DNA of 43,527 nucleotides from NCBI GenBank assembly GCA_041484095.1, contig JBGPGW010000002.1, positions 1 through 43,527 of the forward strand, written 5' to 3'. This DNA comes from Alphaproteobacteria bacterium. GTDB lineage: Bacteria; Pseudomonadota; Alphaproteobacteria; CADEGL01. The position numbers and the translations under genes are program-made. The notes beneath the pieces are model-generated. The model made no database searches and had not been told where the DNA came from. It worked only from the letters and a program-made list of their open reading frames with translations. This document shows, one piece after another, positions 20,760-29,632 of this stretch (the stretch's first letter is position 1; each line of letters starts with the position of its first letter).

Positions 20760-21368
20760 ATGGTTCTTCGGATTCTCAAGAGCTGGTCGGCCCAGCCCGC
20801 CACATTGCGGCTCGAGGGCGAGCACGTGTATCTCCGCCCGCTCCAGGATCACGACTGGCGGGCGTGGTCGGATCTGCGCCGGGCCTCGCGCGCCTTTCTC
20901 GAGCCGTGGGAGCCTTTGTGGCCGCCCGATGCGCTGAGCCGTCTTTCCTATCGCCGGCGCCTCGATCAGGCGATCGGCGAGCTTAAATCCGAGACGGGCT
21001 ATCCCTTCCATATCATCCGCCGCCGGGACGAGCAGCTGCTCGGCGGCGTTACGATGAGCAATGTACGCCGGAGCGTGGCACAGAGCGCCACGCTCGGCTA
21101 CTGGATCGCCGAGCCCTTCGCGCGAAAGGGCCATATGAGTGAAGCGCTCGCATGCGTCGCGGCCTTCGCGTTCGACCGCCTCGGGCTTCATCGCCTGGAA
21201 GCCGCCTGTTTGCCCACCAACGAGGCGAGCCGGCGCGTCCTGCAGAAGATCGGTTTCCAGCAGGAGGGGTATGCGCGAGGCTATCTCCGGATCAACGGCC
21301 TCTGGCACGACCATCTGCTGTTCGGTTTGCTTGCCGAGGATTGGCGCCGTGGGCGCGACCGGCGCTAA
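20760..21368 (+). CDS. GNAT-family N-acetyltransferase (RimJ/RimL-like)
   Basis: LGYWIAEPFARKGHMSEAL...LHRLEAACLPTNEASRRVLQKIGFQQEGYARGYLRINGLWHDHLLFGLL is a typical Acetyltransf_3 pattern. Confidence 0.82.
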   Translation: MVLRILKSWSAQPATLRLEGEHVYLRPLQDHDWRAWSDLRRASRAFLEPWEPLWPPDALSRLSYRRRLDQAIGELKSETGYPFHIIRRRDEQLLGGVTMSNVRRSVAQSATLGYWIAEPFARKGHMSEALACVAAFAFDRLGLHRLEAACLPTNEASRRVLQKIGFQQEGYARGYLRINGLWHDHLLFGLLAEDWRRGRDRR

Positions 21369-21769
21369 CGGACCAGCCGATACCAGCCGGCCGCCACGAG
21401 ACCCCAGATCGCGTTCGCCGCGAGCACCACGAGCGGCGTGAGCGCGCCAAGGCCAAGCCCCATGACCCCGGCATTCGTCTTCTCCGGGAATACCACGAAC
21501 AACTGAACGATCGTCGGCGCAAGGCTGAAGACGAGGCCACGCACGGCCCAGGACCGCTCGAGAATCGGCAGCGCGAACATGAAGCCCCACAACCCGCCCC
21601 AGCTTATGCGGGGGTAGAGCCAGGCCGGAGTGAGCTGAGGGGCGATGCTGACGCCGATGGCGGCGGTGAGCCCAAAATCACCCGCGAGCCAAATCGCCAG
21701 CCCGTTCGCGAGCGCGCCCAGCGCACCGGCCGCGAAGGCCAGCGAAAGCCGTTTTGCCGCCGCGTCCAC
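21365..21769 (-). CDS. Hypothetical 4-TM membrane protein, translationally abutting yqgE
   Basis: 134 aa with four hydrophobic segments. Its GTG start follows the yqgE TGA directly. I recognise no family. Confidence 0.55.
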   Translation of the reverse strand: MDAAAKRLSLAFAAGALGALANGLAIWLAGDFGLTAAIGVSIAPQLTPAWLYPRISWGGLWGFMFALPILERSWAVRGLVFSLAPTIVQLFVVFPEKTNAGVMGLGLGALTPLVVLAANAIWGLVAAGWYRLVR

Positions 21770-22345
21770 TCAGGCCCGGCCCGCTTGCGTCGACAGCGAC
21801 ATCGGATTCACGCCGAGCTTGGCCAGAGCGCGGGTCCATTTCGAATCGAGTTCGGAATCGAACACGATGTTCGTATCCGCCGGCACATGGAGCCAGCCAT
21901 TGGCTTGGATCTCCTCTTCGAGCTGTCCCGGCCCCCATCCGGCATAACCGAGGGCCAGGAGCCGCTGGCGCGGCCCGCCGCCCGCCGCGATTGCCTTCAG
22001 AATGTCGATCGATGCCGTGAGCGCGATGCCGCTATCCACGACCAGCGTCCCGTCGAGAGCGAATTCGGACGAGTGAAGCACGAATCCGCGACCGGATTCG
22101 ACGGGGCCGCCGAAATGCACGCGGATTTCGTCTTCGACCTTCATGCCCTTGATGCCGAGTTGTTCGAGAAGATCGGGAAACGTGATGGAGCCGAGCAGCC
22201 GATTGAGTACGAGCCCCATGGCGCCATCCGAGGTATGCGCGCACATATAGATGACGGATCGCTCGAACCGCGGATCCGACATCGCCGGCATGGCGATCAG
22301 CAATTGGCCCGGAAGAAAGCTGGCCGGTTCGCCTGTGCTCGTCAT
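21770..22345 (-). CDS. yqgE: YqgE/AlgH family protein (UPF0301)
   Basis: [35 protein letters not shown] and [14 protein letters not shown] are characteristic of the family. Confidence 0.88.
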   Translation of the reverse strand: MTSTGEPASFLPGQLLIAMPAMSDPRFERSVIYMCAHTSDGAMGLVLNRLLGSITFPDLLEQLGIKGMKVEDEIRVHFGGPVESGRGFVLHSSEFALDGTLVVDSGIALTASIDILKAIAAGGGPRQRLLALGYAGWGPGQLEEEIQANGWLHVPADTNIVFDSELDSKWTRALAKLGVNPMSLSTQAGRA

Positions 22346-22489
22346 GGCTAAACTCTACTGCCGCTCGATTTTCCAAGGCAAGGGCGACACGACGGCATGA
22401 TCGTCGCGGGATACCCTTCCTGGTATAACGCGGGCGCGATCGACCCCAGATCGAGACCGGGATGGCGTGTGTTTGAAGGGAAGGCGCGT

Positions 22490-24601
22490 GTGACGGGTTC
22501 AGCCTTGCTCAAGGCAACGATCGGCCTCGTCGTCGCGGCGATCCTGGCCTGCTCCGGGGCCGCCGCCGATGGCGTGATCGGCGTGCCGGCCGCCCAGGGT
22601 GCCTCGGCGTCGCTTCGCACCGAGCAGTCGGAGGTCCGGCTTCTGGCGGCAGCCGACGCGCTTGGCCCCGACGGGCGCGTGCAGCTCGGGCTTCAGTTTC
22701 GGCTGCAGCCGCACTGGAAAGTCTATTGGCGCTCGCCGGGTGCTGCGGGCTATCCGCCGCGGCTCGACTGGAGCGGATCGCGCAACCTCGAATCGGCCGT
22801 GATGCGCTGGCCCGCCCCGCAGCGCTTCTCGATCCTCGGTCTCGAGACGCTCGGCTACACCGATGAGATCGTGTTCCCGGTCGAGGTTCGCGCCAAGAGC
22901 GCAGCGGACCCGCTCGCGCTCGCGCTTCGCATCGACTACCTCATCTGCGAAGAGATCTGCATTCCCTACAGCGCCACGCTCGACCTCACCGTGTTGCCGG
23001 GCGAGCAGCGCGCGACGGCGTTCGCGCCGCTGATCGAGCGCTACCGCGCGGCCGTTCCGGGCGATGGTGCGCGTGTCGGCTGGACGCTGGCCGAGAGTAC
23101 GGTTGCGGGCCGTCCCGGCGAGGAGACGTTGCGGATCGCGATCGACGCCACGTCGCCCGTCGCCAGGCCCGATCTCTTCGTCGAGGGGCCCGACGCGTAT
23201 GGCTTCGGTGCCGTTTCGATACGGGTCGAAGGTGCGCGCGTCGTGGCCGACGTCCCTGTGATCGGCATTTCTCCGACGCCCGCCTCCCTTGCCGGACAGA
23301 AATTGACGGTGACGCTCGCCGATGGCGCACATGCGGCGGAATGGACGACCACGGTCGACGCGGCGAACGTTCAGCCGATCGGGTGGGCACGGTGGCTCGG
23401 CATTCTCGGCCTGGCGCTTCTCGGCGGTCTCATCCTCAATCTGATGCCCTGCGTGTTGCCTGTCTTGTCGATCAAGCTGCTCGGGATCGTCGGCCTGGGC
23501 GGGCGGGCGAGGCGTGTCGTGCGCCGCCGCTTTCTCGCTTCGGCCGCGGGTATCCTGTTCTCGTTCCTCATTCTCGCGGGCGGCGTTCTCGTCGCCAAAT
23601 CGGCCGGGCATGCCGTGGGGTGGGGCATTCAGTTCCAGCAGCCGCTGTTCCTCGTCGCGATGACGCTCATCCTCACGGTGTTCGCCTGCAATCTGTGGGG
23701 CGTCTTCGAATTCCGCCTGCCAGACGGGTTGGCGGACCGCGCGGCACGGGTCGGGCGCGACGACGGATTCCTTGGTCACTTCCTCACGGGCGCGCTGGCG
23801 ACGGTTCTTGCGACGCCGTGTTCGGCTCCGTTCCTCGGGACGGCGGTCGGCTTCGCGCTCGCGCGCGGACCTCTCGAGATCCTGGCGGTCTTCGTGGCAC
23901 TCGGCCTGGGACTGGCGCTGCCCTATCTGGCGGTCGCCGCCATGCCCGGCCTTGCCGCACGTCTGCCTCATCCCGGTCACTGGATGGTGACGTTGCGGCG
24001 CGTGCTCGGGGTCGCGCTCATCGCGACGGCGGCGTGGCTTCTCGTCGTCTTGGCCTCGGCGCGCGGCTTGGCCGGTGCGCTCGTCGTCGCGGGCGGTCTC
24101 GTGTCGCTGGTTGCGTTCTTATGGGCAACGCGGCGTTCGTCGGCCGCCATCGGCTGGGCGGGCATGGCGGTCATCGCGGCGTTGGCGCTTCTCTCGCCCC
24201 AGTTCGTCGCGGGTCGGCCCGATCCAGCCTCCCCCGCCCGCGGCGTGATCGCCTGGCAGCCCTTCGATGCAGAGGCCATTCCGTCTCTCGTCGCCCAAGG
24301 CAAGGTCGTGTTCGTCGACGTCACCGCCGATTGGTGTCTCACCTGCAAGGTGAATGCCCGGTTCGTTCTCGAAACGGAAGACGTTGCGCGCGCACTGAAC
24401 GGCGAGAGCGTCGTCGCGATGCGCGCCGACTGGACCAATCCGGATGCCCGCATCGCCGCCTTCCTCGCGCGCTTCGGGCGCTACGGCATTCCGTTCAACG
24501 CCGTTTATGGCCCTTCTGCGCCTGTGGGTATTGTGCTGCCCGAGCTGCTCGACCGCGACACGGTGCTGGAATCGCTCGCGCACGCCGCCCGAAGCGGCTG
24601 A
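22490..24601 (+). CDS. DsbD/ScsB-like membrane thiol:disulfide reductase (N-terminal periplasmic domain, CcdA-type TM core, C-terminal thioredoxin)
   Basis: N-domain cysteines in YLICEEICIPY, TM-core cysteines in LNLMPCVLPV and ATPCSAPFLG, and a C-terminal Trx with WCLTCK. The GTG at 22490 gives a proper signal peptide and has GAAGGGAAGG 5 nt upstream. The track ATG at 22397 would add 31 aa. Confidence 0.86.
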   Translation: MTGSALLKATIGLVVAAILACSGAAADGVIGVPAAQGASASLRTEQSEVRLLAAADALGPDGRVQLGLQFRLQPHWKVYWRSPGAAGYPPRLDWSGSRNLESAVMRWPAPQRFSILGLETLGYTDEIVFPVEVRAKSAADPLALALRIDYLICEEICIPYSATLDLTVLPGEQRATAFAPLIERYRAAVPGDGARVGWTLAESTVAGRPGEETLRIAIDATSPVARPDLFVEGPDAYGFGAVSIRVEGARVVADVPVIGISPTPASLAGQKLTVTLADGAHAAEWTTTVDAANVQPIGWARWLGILGLALLGGLILNLMPCVLPVLSIKLLGIVGLGGRARRVVRRRFLASAAGILFSFLILAGGVLVAKSAGHAVGWGIQFQQPLFLVAMTLILTVFACNLWGVFEFRLPDGLADRAARVGRDDGFLGHFLTGALATVLATPCSAPFLGTAVGFALARGPLEILAVFVALGLGLALPYLAVAAMPGLAARLPHPGHWMVTLRRVLGVALIATAAWLLVVLASARGLAGALVVAGGLVSLVAFLWATRRSSAAIGWAGMAVIAALALLSPQFVAGRPDPASPARGVIAWQPFDAEAIPSLVAQGKVVFVDVTADWCLTCKVNARFVLETEDVARALNGESVVAMRADWTNPDARIAAFLARFGRYGIPFNAVYGPSAPVGIVLPELLDRDTVLESLAHAARSG

Positions 24602-24703
24602 ACGGTTGCCCCTGAAGGGGGCAGAAACTACTATGACGGTGACATCGGCGGCGCATGCCGCAAGCCGACCATTCATCGACATTCATCACGAGGGAGAGAA
24701 CCG

Positions 24704-25186
24704 ATGGCCATCAAAGAGGGCGACAAGATTCCGTCAATGAAGCTGAAGCGCATGACCGCCAACGGGCCCGCGGACGTCTCGACGGACGAGATTTTCGCGG
24801 GGAAGAAAGTCGCGCTGTTCTCGGTGCCCGGCGCCTTCACGCCGACATGTTCGGCCAAGCATCTGCCGGGTTACGTGCAGAAGGCCGACGCGCTGAAGGC
24901 CAAGGGCATCGACACCATTGCCTGCATGGCGGTGAACGACGCCTTCGTCATGGATGCCTGGGGTAAGGCGCAGAATGTCGGCGACAAGGTGGCGATGCTG
25001 GCCGACGGAAGTGCGGCCTTTGCCAAGGCGCTCGGGCTCGAGCTCGACCTCACGGCGATGGGGCTCGGCATGCGCGGACGGCGCTTCTCGATGATCGTCG
25101 ACAACGGCGTCGTCAAGAAACTCAATCTGGAAGAAGCCGGCGCGTTCAAGATCAGCGACGCGGAGACGATGCTCGGTCAGCTCTAG
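24704..25186 (+). CDS. Peroxiredoxin, Prx5 subfamily (no signal peptide)
   Basis: Active site PGAFTPTCS in a 160-aa protein. SD GAGGGAGAG lies just upstream. Confidence 0.9.
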   Translation: MAIKEGDKIPSMKLKRMTANGPADVSTDEIFAGKKVALFSVPGAFTPTCSAKHLPGYVQKADALKAKGIDTIACMAVNDAFVMDAWGKAQNVGDKVAMLADGSAAFAKALGLELDLTAMGLGMRGRRFSMIVDNGVVKKLNLEEAGAFKISDAETMLGQL

Positions 25187-25212
25187 AGACCTTCATCACG
25201 CCGGCTGCAGTC

Positions 25213-25240
25213 GACAGGGGGGCCTTGCGGCCCCCCTGTC
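25213..25240. terminator. Perfect 12-bp GC hairpin between the convergent prx and rnhA genes (candidate bidirectional terminator)
   Basis: gacaggggggcc / ttgc / ggcccccctgtc. No flanking U-tract. Confidence 0.5.
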
Positions 25241-25278
25241 ATGTGCCCCAGTCATATGACAGGGGCATATGACGGACG

Positions 25279-25752
25279 TCATTTTGCGGAATCGAGAAAG
25301 GGCGTCATGCCCTGGCGCGCAAGCGCATCGGCGCGCTCGTTCTCCGCGTGTCCCGCATGCGCCTTCACCCAGTGCCAATGCGTCTTGTGGTGCCGGAGCG
25401 CCTCGTCCAGGCGCTGCCAGAGGTCGATATTCTTGACCGGCTTGCGATCGGCCGTGCGCCAGCCGCGCGCTTTCCAGTTGTGGATCCACTTGGTGATGCC
25501 GTCGCGCAGGTAGAGGCTGTCGGTATGGACGTGGATCTCGACCGGACGCTTCATCGCCTCGATCGCATGAATGGCCGCGAGAAGTTCCATCCGGTTGTTG
25601 GTCGTGGCGGCTTCGCCGCCGCACAGTTCGCGCTCGCTGCCGTTGTAGCGGAGGATGACGCCCCAGCCGCCCGGGCCCGGATTGCCGCTGCACGCCCCGT
25701 CCGTGTAGGCATGGACCGCGTCGGCCTTTGCCTTGCCGTCAGCGGAGACCAT
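25279..25752 (-). CDS. rnhA: Ribonuclease HI
   Basis: [23 protein letters not shown] and [18 protein letters not shown]. It overlaps the thrB 3' end by 14 nt. Confidence 0.93.
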   Translation of the reverse strand: MVSADGKAKADAVHAYTDGACSGNPGPGGWGVILRYNGSERELCGGEAATTNNRMELLAAIHAIEAMKRPVEIHVHTDSLYLRDGITKWIHNWKARGWRTADRKPVKNIDLWQRLDEALRHHKTHWHWVKAHAGHAENERADALARQGMTPFLDSAK

Positions 25753-26701
25753 AGGCGTCGGGTCCTTTCACGTGCTGGTGGAAGCGAAGCTTTTTCAGAT
25801 ACTCCAACGGGTCCTTGGGTTTCACGAGTGCGCCGTCGGGGTGGTGGATCAAATCGTAAAGACGGGTCAGCAGGAAGCGCAGCGCAGCACCCCGCGCAAG
25901 CAATGGCAGGGCCTCGAGCTCTTCCGTCGAGAAGGGCCGCTGCTGCCGGTAGGCCGAGAGCATCAGATGCGCTTTGGTCACGTTGAAACTCTCATCGGGC
26001 TCGAAACACCAGGCGTTGAGACAGATCGCCAGCTCATAGGCATAGAAGTCGTTGCATGCGAAATAGAAGTCGATGACACCGGAAAGTTTCCCGCCGAGGA
26101 AGAACACATTGTCCGGGAACAGGTCGGCATGGATGACGCCCGCCGGCAGTGTCTTCGGCCATCGCGCCTCGAGGTAGGCGAGTTCTTCCGCGATCATCCC
26201 GGCGAGGCCGTCTTGAATGGTATCCGCGCGGGCCTTGCAGCCTTCGTACAAGGGGCGCCAGCCCGCGACGGAAAGGCTGTTCGGCCGCCGCATGCCAAAA
26301 GCCGATCCGGCCATATGCAGCCGCGCCAACGCCGCACCGAGTTCGCGGCAATGGAACGGCTGAATGCGCCGCGGCCACAGGCCGGTGAGAAACGTGACGA
26401 GCGCCGCCGGTCGTCCGCAAAGTTTCCTGAGGGCCGCTCCGTCCCGCCCATGCACGGGCGTGGGACAGGGAAATCCCTCCGCCGCCAAGTGGTCCATGAG
26501 GCCGAGGAAGAATGGAAGATCGTTCGGTGCGACGCGCTTTTCGTAGAGCGTCAGGATATAGGCGCCTCGATTGGTCTGCAGGACGTAGTTAGAATTCTCG
26601 ACGCCTTCGGCGATGCCCTTGAATGACGTGACGGAACCGACATCGTAGGCCGAGAGAAATTCTCCGAGCTCCTCGTCCGAAACCTCCGTGTAGACCGCCA
26701 T
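25739..26701 (-). CDS. thrB: Homoserine kinase, type II (ThrB, APH/kinase fold)
   Basis: [22 protein letters not shown]...[11 protein letters not shown] and the catalytic-loop region [13 protein letters not shown]. Confidence 0.9.
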   Translation of the reverse strand: MAVYTEVSDEELGEFLSAYDVGSVTSFKGIAEGVENSNYVLQTNRGAYILTLYEKRVAPNDLPFFLGLMDHLAAEGFPCPTPVHGRDGAALRKLCGRPAALVTFLTGLWPRRIQPFHCRELGAALARLHMAGSAFGMRRPNSLSVAGWRPLYEGCKARADTIQDGLAGMIAEELAYLEARWPKTLPAGVIHADLFPDNVFFLGGKLSGVIDFYFACNDFYAYELAICLNAWCFEPDESFNVTKAHLMLSAYRQQRPFSTEELEALPLLARGAALRFLLTRLYDLIHHPDGALVKPKDPLEYLKKLRFHQHVKGPDAYGLR

Positions 26702-26912
26702 TCCCTACGCTCCGCCACTGGGTCCCGACGCGCCCGCTCGTCAACGGCAATGCGGTGTTTTGCGCACTCTTAGGCGCGCGCATCCGATGGCGTCGGCCGC
26801 GAGTGGTATGGCCGATTGCCGGGTCTTGTGCAACGTTTGGCGCTTCACTAAAGTTCGCGGGCTGGCAGCGGTCGGGCCGGCGCGGTCCCCCCACAACGGA
26901 TGAGACAGGGTC

Positions 26913-27152
26913 ATGGCTGAACCGGTTCCTGCCCAGAAGGCGCCATACGCCGTCGATGTCGAGGCCGGCCGCATCTATTATTGGTGTGCGTGTGGCCGCA
27001 GCAAGAAACAGCCCTATTGCGACGGTTCCCACAAGGACACCGGGATCCAGCCGCTCTCGTTCACGCCCGACAAGGCGCAGAAGGTGTTTCTGTGCGGATG
27101 CAAGGCAACGGCTCGAAAGCCGTATTGCGACGGAACGCACAGTCGCATCTGA
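26913..27152 (+). CDS. CDGSH iron-sulfur domain-containing protein (two CDGSH motifs)
   Basis: CACGRSKKQPYCDGSH and CGCKATARKPYCDGTH in a 79-aa protein. Confidence 0.88.
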   Translation: MAEPVPAQKAPYAVDVEAGRIYYWCACGRSKKQPYCDGSHKDTGIQPLSFTPDKAQKVFLCGCKATARKPYCDGTHSRI

Positions 27153-27183
27153 CGTGCGGACAACTCGCGCCCATCTCAGCCAG

Positions 27184-27747
27184 ATGATGTCGGGATTAAG
27201 ACGCGCCGCATTCGGAGTTGCCGGCGCGGCGATTCTCGGCTTGTCGGCCTGCACGGACCCGCCGGTCCCGTGCCCGTATGTGAAGGTCCCCGCCGCCTTG
27301 TCGCAGCTCACCAAGTTCGACGACGGACCCGCGCGCGAGGCCGCCAACGTTCGCTACCAATCGCGCATCGCGAACGTGGCCATCGCCTGCGTCAGTACCG
27401 AGGCGAAATCGACGCATCTGGCGCGCGGGAGCGGCTCGCCGGACAATCTCGAAGTCCAGATCAGGGTTAACTTCGCGACCCAGCGTGGCCCGCGCGGCCA
27501 GGGGAACACGGCGGATGCGGTCTATTTCGTGGCGGTGACGGATATCCGCGACGCCATTCTCGACAGGCAGGAATTCCCGGTGAAGCTCAAAATGGGGTCG
27601 GCCGGGCAGGCGGTCACCACCACCACGGAGGATGCCTGGATGCTGATCAAGCTCGATGGACGTTCGGGGGCCGCGTTTCGGGTCTATACGGGGTTTCAGC
27701 TGGCGCCCGAGGAACTCGAGTTCAACCGCAAGATGCTCGAAAACTGA
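27184..27747 (+). CDS. Hypothetical lipoprotein
   Basis: MMSGLRRAAFGVAGAAILGLSAC has a lipobox (LSAC). The rest of the 26755 track ORF upstream overlaps the CDGSH gene and is not coding. I recognise no family. Confidence 0.65.
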   Translation: MMSGLRRAAFGVAGAAILGLSACTDPPVPCPYVKVPAALSQLTKFDDGPAREAANVRYQSRIANVAIACVSTEAKSTHLARGSGSPDNLEVQIRVNFATQRGPRGQGNTADAVYFVAVTDIRDAILDRQEFPVKLKMGSAGQAVTTTTEDAWMLIKLDGRSGAAFRVYTGFQLAPEELEFNRKMLEN

Positions 27748-27823
27748 GCTTCGGTTGACATTCGGTGCCGAGGGATTAGGCTAAACGCACGTCATGGATG
27801 CGCGTCTGCGGATCGTGACGGAA

Positions 27824-28013
27824 CCCTGCGGGAGAGATCGACCCGGCCTCGGGTTGGCGCCGAAGGAGCAACCGCCCCGGAAACTCTCAGGCAAAAGGAC
27901 CGCAGGGGGAAGCACTCTGGAAAGCAGGCGCCGCGCAAGTGACGCCTCACCGAAGGGGTAAGCCGGGCCGGCGCTTGACCGGACGGTGAATCTTTCAGGT
28001 TCCAAGACAGAGG
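27824..28013 (+). promoter_or_regulatory. Tandem glycine riboswitch (two aptamers) controlling gcvTHP
   Basis: Aptamer 1 spans about 27824-27907: P1 ctgcgg/ccgcag, GGGAGAG, GCGCCGAAGGAGCAA and CTCAGGCAAAAGGAC. Aptamer 2 spans about 27915-28012: P1 ctctg/cagag, CTCTGGAAAG, CACCGAAGGGGTAAG and CTTTCAGGTTCCAAGACAGAG. It sits at the classical location ahead of gcvT. Confidence 0.9.
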
Positions 28014-28073
28014 GGGCGAAGTTCGGCTTGCCGCTGCGGCTTGCCGTACCGAGACCTCTGTCGGAGGAGCCGA

Positions 28074-29189
28074 GTGGCTGATCCCGCGTCCGAAGCGCTC
28101 AAGCGCACCCCTCTTTACGACCTTCATGTCGAATTGGGAGCCAAGATCGTGCCCTTCGCGGGGTACGAAATGCCCGTGCAGTATCCGCAAGGCATCCTCG
28201 GGGAACACAAACACACCCGCGAGCAGGCGGGACTGTTCGACGTCTCGCATATGGGCCAGGTGACCATCACCGGCAACGGGGCGGCGTCGGTGCTCGAGAC
28301 TCTCGTGCCCGCGGACATCCGCGATCTCGGCCTTCACCGCATGCGCTACACCCAGTTCACGAACGAGCGCGGCGGCATTCTCGACGACCTCATGGTGACG
28401 AACCGCGGCGCGGATCTGTTTCTCGTGGTCAATGCGGGATGCAAGGCGCAGGACATCGCGCATCTCCGGCGCATGGTCGGGTCGCGGGTCGCGATCGAGG
28501 TTCACGCCGACCGGGCCCTTCTGGCCCTGCAGGGGCCGCGCGCCGCCGATGTCTTGGGGCGGTTTTCCGCCGCGTGCCGGACGATGCCGTTCATGAGCGG
28601 TGCCGCGGTCGAGATCGACCGGGTGGCATGCTACGCGACGCGCTCCGGCTATACCGGCGAAGACGGCTACGAGCTCTCCATGCCGGCCGCCGACGCGGTG
28701 CGCGTGGCGCGGCGCCTTCTGGCGGAGAGCGAGGTCGCACCCATCGGGCTCGGCGCGCGGGATTCGCTGCGGCTCGAGGCCGGGCTGTGCCTCTACGGTC
28801 ACGACCTCGACGAGACCACGACGCCCGTCGAAGCCGGGCTGGTTTGGAGCATTCAGAAGCGGCGGCGCGAGGAGGGCGGATTCCCGGGCGCCGACATCGT
28901 GAAGCGCCAATTGGCCGGTGGGGCCGCGCGCAAGCGCGTCGGCATTCTGCCCGAAGGCCGGGCCCCCGCGCGCGAGCACACGGCGATCACGGATCTCTCA
29001 GGCGGCGCGCTGGGCATGGTGACGAGCGGCGGATTCGGGCCGAGCGTCGGTGCGCCGATCGCCATGGGCTATGTGAGGGCGTCGCATGCGGCCAAGGACA
29101 CGGCCGTCCAACTCGTGATCCGCGGCACGCCGCGTCCGGCGAAGATCGCAACCATGCCGTTTTGGCCGCAACGTTATTATCGCGGCTGA
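28074..29189 (+). CDS. gcvT: Glycine cleavage system aminomethyltransferase (T protein)
   Basis: LKRTPLYDLHVELGAKIVPFAGYEMPVQY and DVSHMGQ. SD GGAGGA lies 5 nt before GTG 28074. The TTG at 28041 in the track is probably too early. Confidence 0.93.
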   Translation: MADPASEALKRTPLYDLHVELGAKIVPFAGYEMPVQYPQGILGEHKHTREQAGLFDVSHMGQVTITGNGAASVLETLVPADIRDLGLHRMRYTQFTNERGGILDDLMVTNRGADLFLVVNAGCKAQDIAHLRRMVGSRVAIEVHADRALLALQGPRAADVLGRFSAACRTMPFMSGAAVEIDRVACYATRSGYTGEDGYELSMPAADAVRVARRLLAESEVAPIGLGARDSLRLEAGLCLYGHDLDETTTPVEAGLVWSIQKRRREEGGFPGADIVKRQLAGGAARKRVGILPEGRAPAREHTAITDLSGGALGMVTSGGFGPSVGAPIAMGYVRASHAAKDTAVQLVIRGTPRPAKIATMPFWPQRYYRG

Positions 29190-29219
29190 AAAAAACATCC
29201 GACAGGGAGAGGGTCAGCC

Positions 29220-29597
29220 ATGGCTGAGCGCAAATATACCAAAGAGCACGAATGGGTGGTGATCGAGGGCGATGTCGCGACGGTCGGCATCACGAACTAC
29301 GCCCAGGAACAATTGGGCGACGTCGTCTATGTGGAGCTGCCGGAAATCGGCAAGACGGTCACGCAGCTTGGCCAGGCCGCCGTCGTCGAATCCGTGAAGG
29401 CGGCAAGCGAGGTCTACGCGCCCCTTTCCGGCCAGGTGGTCGAATCGAACGCCGCGCTCGCGGGCAATCCGGCTCTCATCAATTCCGACCCGACGGGGGC
29501 CGCCTGGTTCTTCAAGATCAAGTTGTCGAACAAGGGCGAGCTCTCCCAGCTCATGGATGAGGCCGCCTACAAGGCCCATGTCGACAGCCTGCATTAG
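29220..29597 (+). CDS. gcvH: Glycine cleavage system H protein
   Basis: YTKEHEWV and the lipoyl-lysine motif [13 protein letters not shown]. Confidence 0.95.
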   Translation: MAERKYTKEHEWVVIEGDVATVGITNYAQEQLGDVVYVELPEIGKTVTQLGQAAVVESVKAASEVYAPLSGQVVESNAALAGNPALINSDPTGAAWFFKIKLSNKGELSQLMDEAAYKAHVDSLH

Positions 29598-29632
29598 ACC
29601 GTTCGCCAGACGTCAAAAAGAGGCGCATCACG

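Noticed and set aside
22397-22489. ATG 22397 as the start of the DsbD/ScsB-like gene.
   Set aside because: It would place 31 non-hydrophobic residues ahead of the signal peptide. GTG 22490 has a well-spaced purine-rich SD and gives a canonical signal peptide. This is not fully excluded.
26755-27183. A long ORF that appears to fuse the region over the CDGSH gene with the lipoprotein gene.
   Set aside because: It overlaps the CDGSH gene in a different frame. A lipoprotein signal peptide with a lipobox begins at ATG 27184.
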